From: Acidobacteriota bacterium
Lineage (GTDB): Bacteria > Acidobacteriota > UBA890 > WLXD01
Reading direction: 5' to 3'
Assembly (NCBI GenBank): GCA_963666055.2
Contig: CAXWPH010000010.1
Coordinates: forward strand, 1 to 64,000
DNA length: 64,000 bases
Below are positions 62,208-64,000 of the stretch, in pieces. The position numbers and the translations under genes were made by a program. The notes below the pieces were generated by a model. The model did not search any database. It was not told the origin of the DNA and saw only the letters and a program-made list of their open reading frames with translations. How positions within the stretch are numbered: position 1 is the first letter of the stretch; the number at the start of each line of letters is the position of its first letter.

Positions 62208-63638
62208 ATGGAATTCATCACCGGGAAACACCTCTCTCGCCGCTCGTTCATCCGGGGTACGGGTGTGAGCGTGGCGCTGCCCTTTCTCGACGCAATGGTG
62301 CCCGCCGGGCGGCTCTGGCGGGACAGCGCCAGCGAGCCGGGCTTCACGCGTCTGGTATGCATCGAGGAGTCGATGGGCGCCGCCGGCTGCAGCGATTGGG
62401 GCGACGCCCGGCACCTGTTCGCTCCCGCCCAGGTCGGCCGCAATTTCGAGCTCGTCACCGACAGCCAGCTGGCGCCGCTGGCGGAATTCCGCGAGTACAT
62501 GACGATCGTCAGCAACACCGATTGCCGGCCGGCCGAGGCGTTCCGTGCGCAGGAGATCGGCGGCGATCACGAGCGGTCGACGGCAGTGTTTCTGACCCAG
62601 GCCCACCCCAAGCAGACGCAGAGCTCGGACATCTATCTCGGCACGTCGCTCGACCAGCTCCACGCGCAGCGCTTCGGGCACGACACCGCGCTGGCGTCGC
62701 TCGAGCTCTGCATCGAGGGCATCGACCGTGGCGGCGGCTGCGCCTACAACTACCACTGCGCGTACACGGACTCGTTGGCCTGGGCATCGCCCAACCAGCC
62801 GCTGCCGGCAATCCGGGAGCCTAGGGTGGTGTTCGAACGGCTGTTCGGTGCCGGGGACACTCCCGAAGACCGGGCCGCCCGACGCCGCACGAACCGGAGC
62901 ATGATCGACTGGATCGTGACCGAGGTGGCGCGGCTCAAGCGAAGCCTGGGAGCGGTGGATCGCGTGGCACTGGACCAATACGTGGAGCACATCCGCGAGA
63001 TCGAGCGCCGCATCCAGCTCGTCGAGGCCCGCAACAGCAGCGGCGAGGAACGGAGGATGCCCGAGGCACCTTCCGGCATCCCCGACTCGTTCGAAGAGCA
63101 CATGCAACTGATGTTCGATCTACAGGTGCTGGCGCTACAGACCGATCTGACCCGCGTCATCACCTTCAAGACCGGATTCGATCAGTCGAACCGCACCTTC
63201 CCGCGGAGCGGCACCACGAAGTCGATCCACGGGGCCTCCCACCACGGCAACGTCCCCGCCGAGGTCATGGCCTTCCACAAGATCAACAGGTACCGCCTCG
63301 GCCAGCTCAGATACTTCCTCGAGAAGATGCGGGATACGGTCGATGGAGAGGCGTCGCTGCTGGACAAGACGGCGATCGTCTGGGGGTCCGCGATGGCCGA
63401 TCCCAACCTCCACAACCACCGTCGCAATCCGCTTCTGCTCCTGGGTCATGCCAACGGAGCGCTCGAAGGAGGACTGCATGTACGGGCCCCCGAGGGCACG
63501 CCGATGGCGAACGCGCTCCTCAGCCTGATGCGGGAGATCGGGCACGAAGAGATGGAGACGTTCGGCGACAGCGACGGGGCGCTCGCGTTGAGCTTGCCGC
63601 GTGGGGCCGCCCGCGCGAACAGGAGCGACGTGGAATGA
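62208..63638 (+). CDS. DUF1552 domain protein (Tat signal)
   Basis: LSRRSFIRGTGVSVALPFLDAM, SLELCIE, PRVVFERLFG, HGASHH. Confidence 0.9.
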   Translation: MEFITGKHLSRRSFIRGTGVSVALPFLDAMVPAGRLWRDSASEPGFTRLVCIEESMGAAGCSDWGDARHLFAPAQVGRNFELVTDSQLAPLAEFREYMTIVSNTDCRPAEAFRAQEIGGDHERSTAVFLTQAHPKQTQSSDIYLGTSLDQLHAQRFGHDTALASLELCIEGIDRGGGCAYNYHCAYTDSLAWASPNQPLPAIREPRVVFERLFGAGDTPEDRAARRRTNRSMIDWIVTEVARLKRSLGAVDRVALDQYVEHIREIERRIQLVEARNSSGEERRMPEAPSGIPDSFEEHMQLMFDLQVLALQTDLTRVITFKTGFDQSNRTFPRSGTTKSIHGASHHGNVPAEVMAFHKINRYRLGQLRYFLEKMRDTVDGEASLLDKTAIVWGSAMADPNLHNHRRNPLLLLGHANGALEGGLHVRAPEGTPMANALLSLMREIGHEEMETFGDSDGALALSLPRGAARANRSDVE

Positions 63639-64000
63639 GCGCGCGCCCGCTCGACTCGGTGAGGCCGCTGGTCCTGGTCGGCCTGGCAGCGTTTCTTTGC
63701 GGCGCCGCCTTCTCTCCCGACACCCCGCTCATCGATGCGGCGCGCAACGGAGACGCCGTCGCCGTCGGCGCGCTTCTCGATCGTGGTGCCGACGTGAACA
63801 CGGCGCAGGGCGACGGCATGACCGCTCTGCACTGGGCCGCCGAGCGCGGCCACGTTGCGGTTGCCAAACACCTGGTCTCGGCGTCCGCCGATGTCGGAGC
63901 GAAGACGCGGATCGGCGGCTACACGCCGCTACATCTGGCCAGCCGTGGCGGGCGCGGCGCGGTCGTCCGCATGCTGCTGGAGGCGGGGAGCGACCCCGAC
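63635..64000 (+). CDS. Ankyrin-repeat protein (partial, runs off the window)
   Basis: ATGA overlap; DTPLIDAARNGD, GDGMTALHWAAERGH, GGYTPLHLASRGG. Confidence 0.9.
   Translation, partial: MSARPLDSVRPLVLVGLAAFLCGAAFSPDTPLIDAARNGDAVAVGALLDRGADVNTAQGDGMTALHWAAERGHVAVAKHLVSASADVGAKTRIGGYTPLHLASRGGRGAVVRMLLEAGSDPD

Noticed and set aside
59732-64000. DUF1592-DUF1552-ankyrin operon as a novel system
   Set aside because: Functionally uncharacterised, but a common, recurrent operon in Acidobacteriota and Planctomycetota; nothing unusual about this copy.

Overview
High-GC bacterial window, most likely Acidobacteriota. This rests on the acidobacterial VWFA protein, the Ser/Thr kinase-TolB paralog family ending in NWFDELKRLVP, and a DUF1592-DUF1552-ankyrin operon. 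(1) 1.5-20 kb is the most unusual part. Unrelated, mostly exported enzymes and receptors are interleaved with co-oriented remnants of one Ser/Thr kinase gene family: 7 copies of a ~65 bp leader with a sigma70-like promoter (17 bp spacer in every copy), several kinase N-terminal stubs (one fused in frame to a lipoprotein sulfatase) and 5 copies of the kinase C-terminal tail. It looks like a cassette array in which the kinase gene ends act as shells or homology anchors for exchangeable cargo. (2) 20.0-21.1 kb is a tRNA locus with intact tRNA-Glu, a damaged tRNA-Lys and four 3'-half tRNA att remnants. (3) 21-40.5 kb is a heavily shredded mosaic of IS3/IS21/IS1595 pieces, prophage head genes and pseudogenes. 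(4) 40.6-64 kb holds apbC, moaA, a frameshifted ilvD beside an intact IS5, a decayed integron with intI co-oriented to its cassettes, two toxin-antitoxin pairs, an S9 peptidase, a MITE-like palindromic element and a cytochrome c (DUF1592) operon. All calls come from reading the sequence by eye; no database searches were run.
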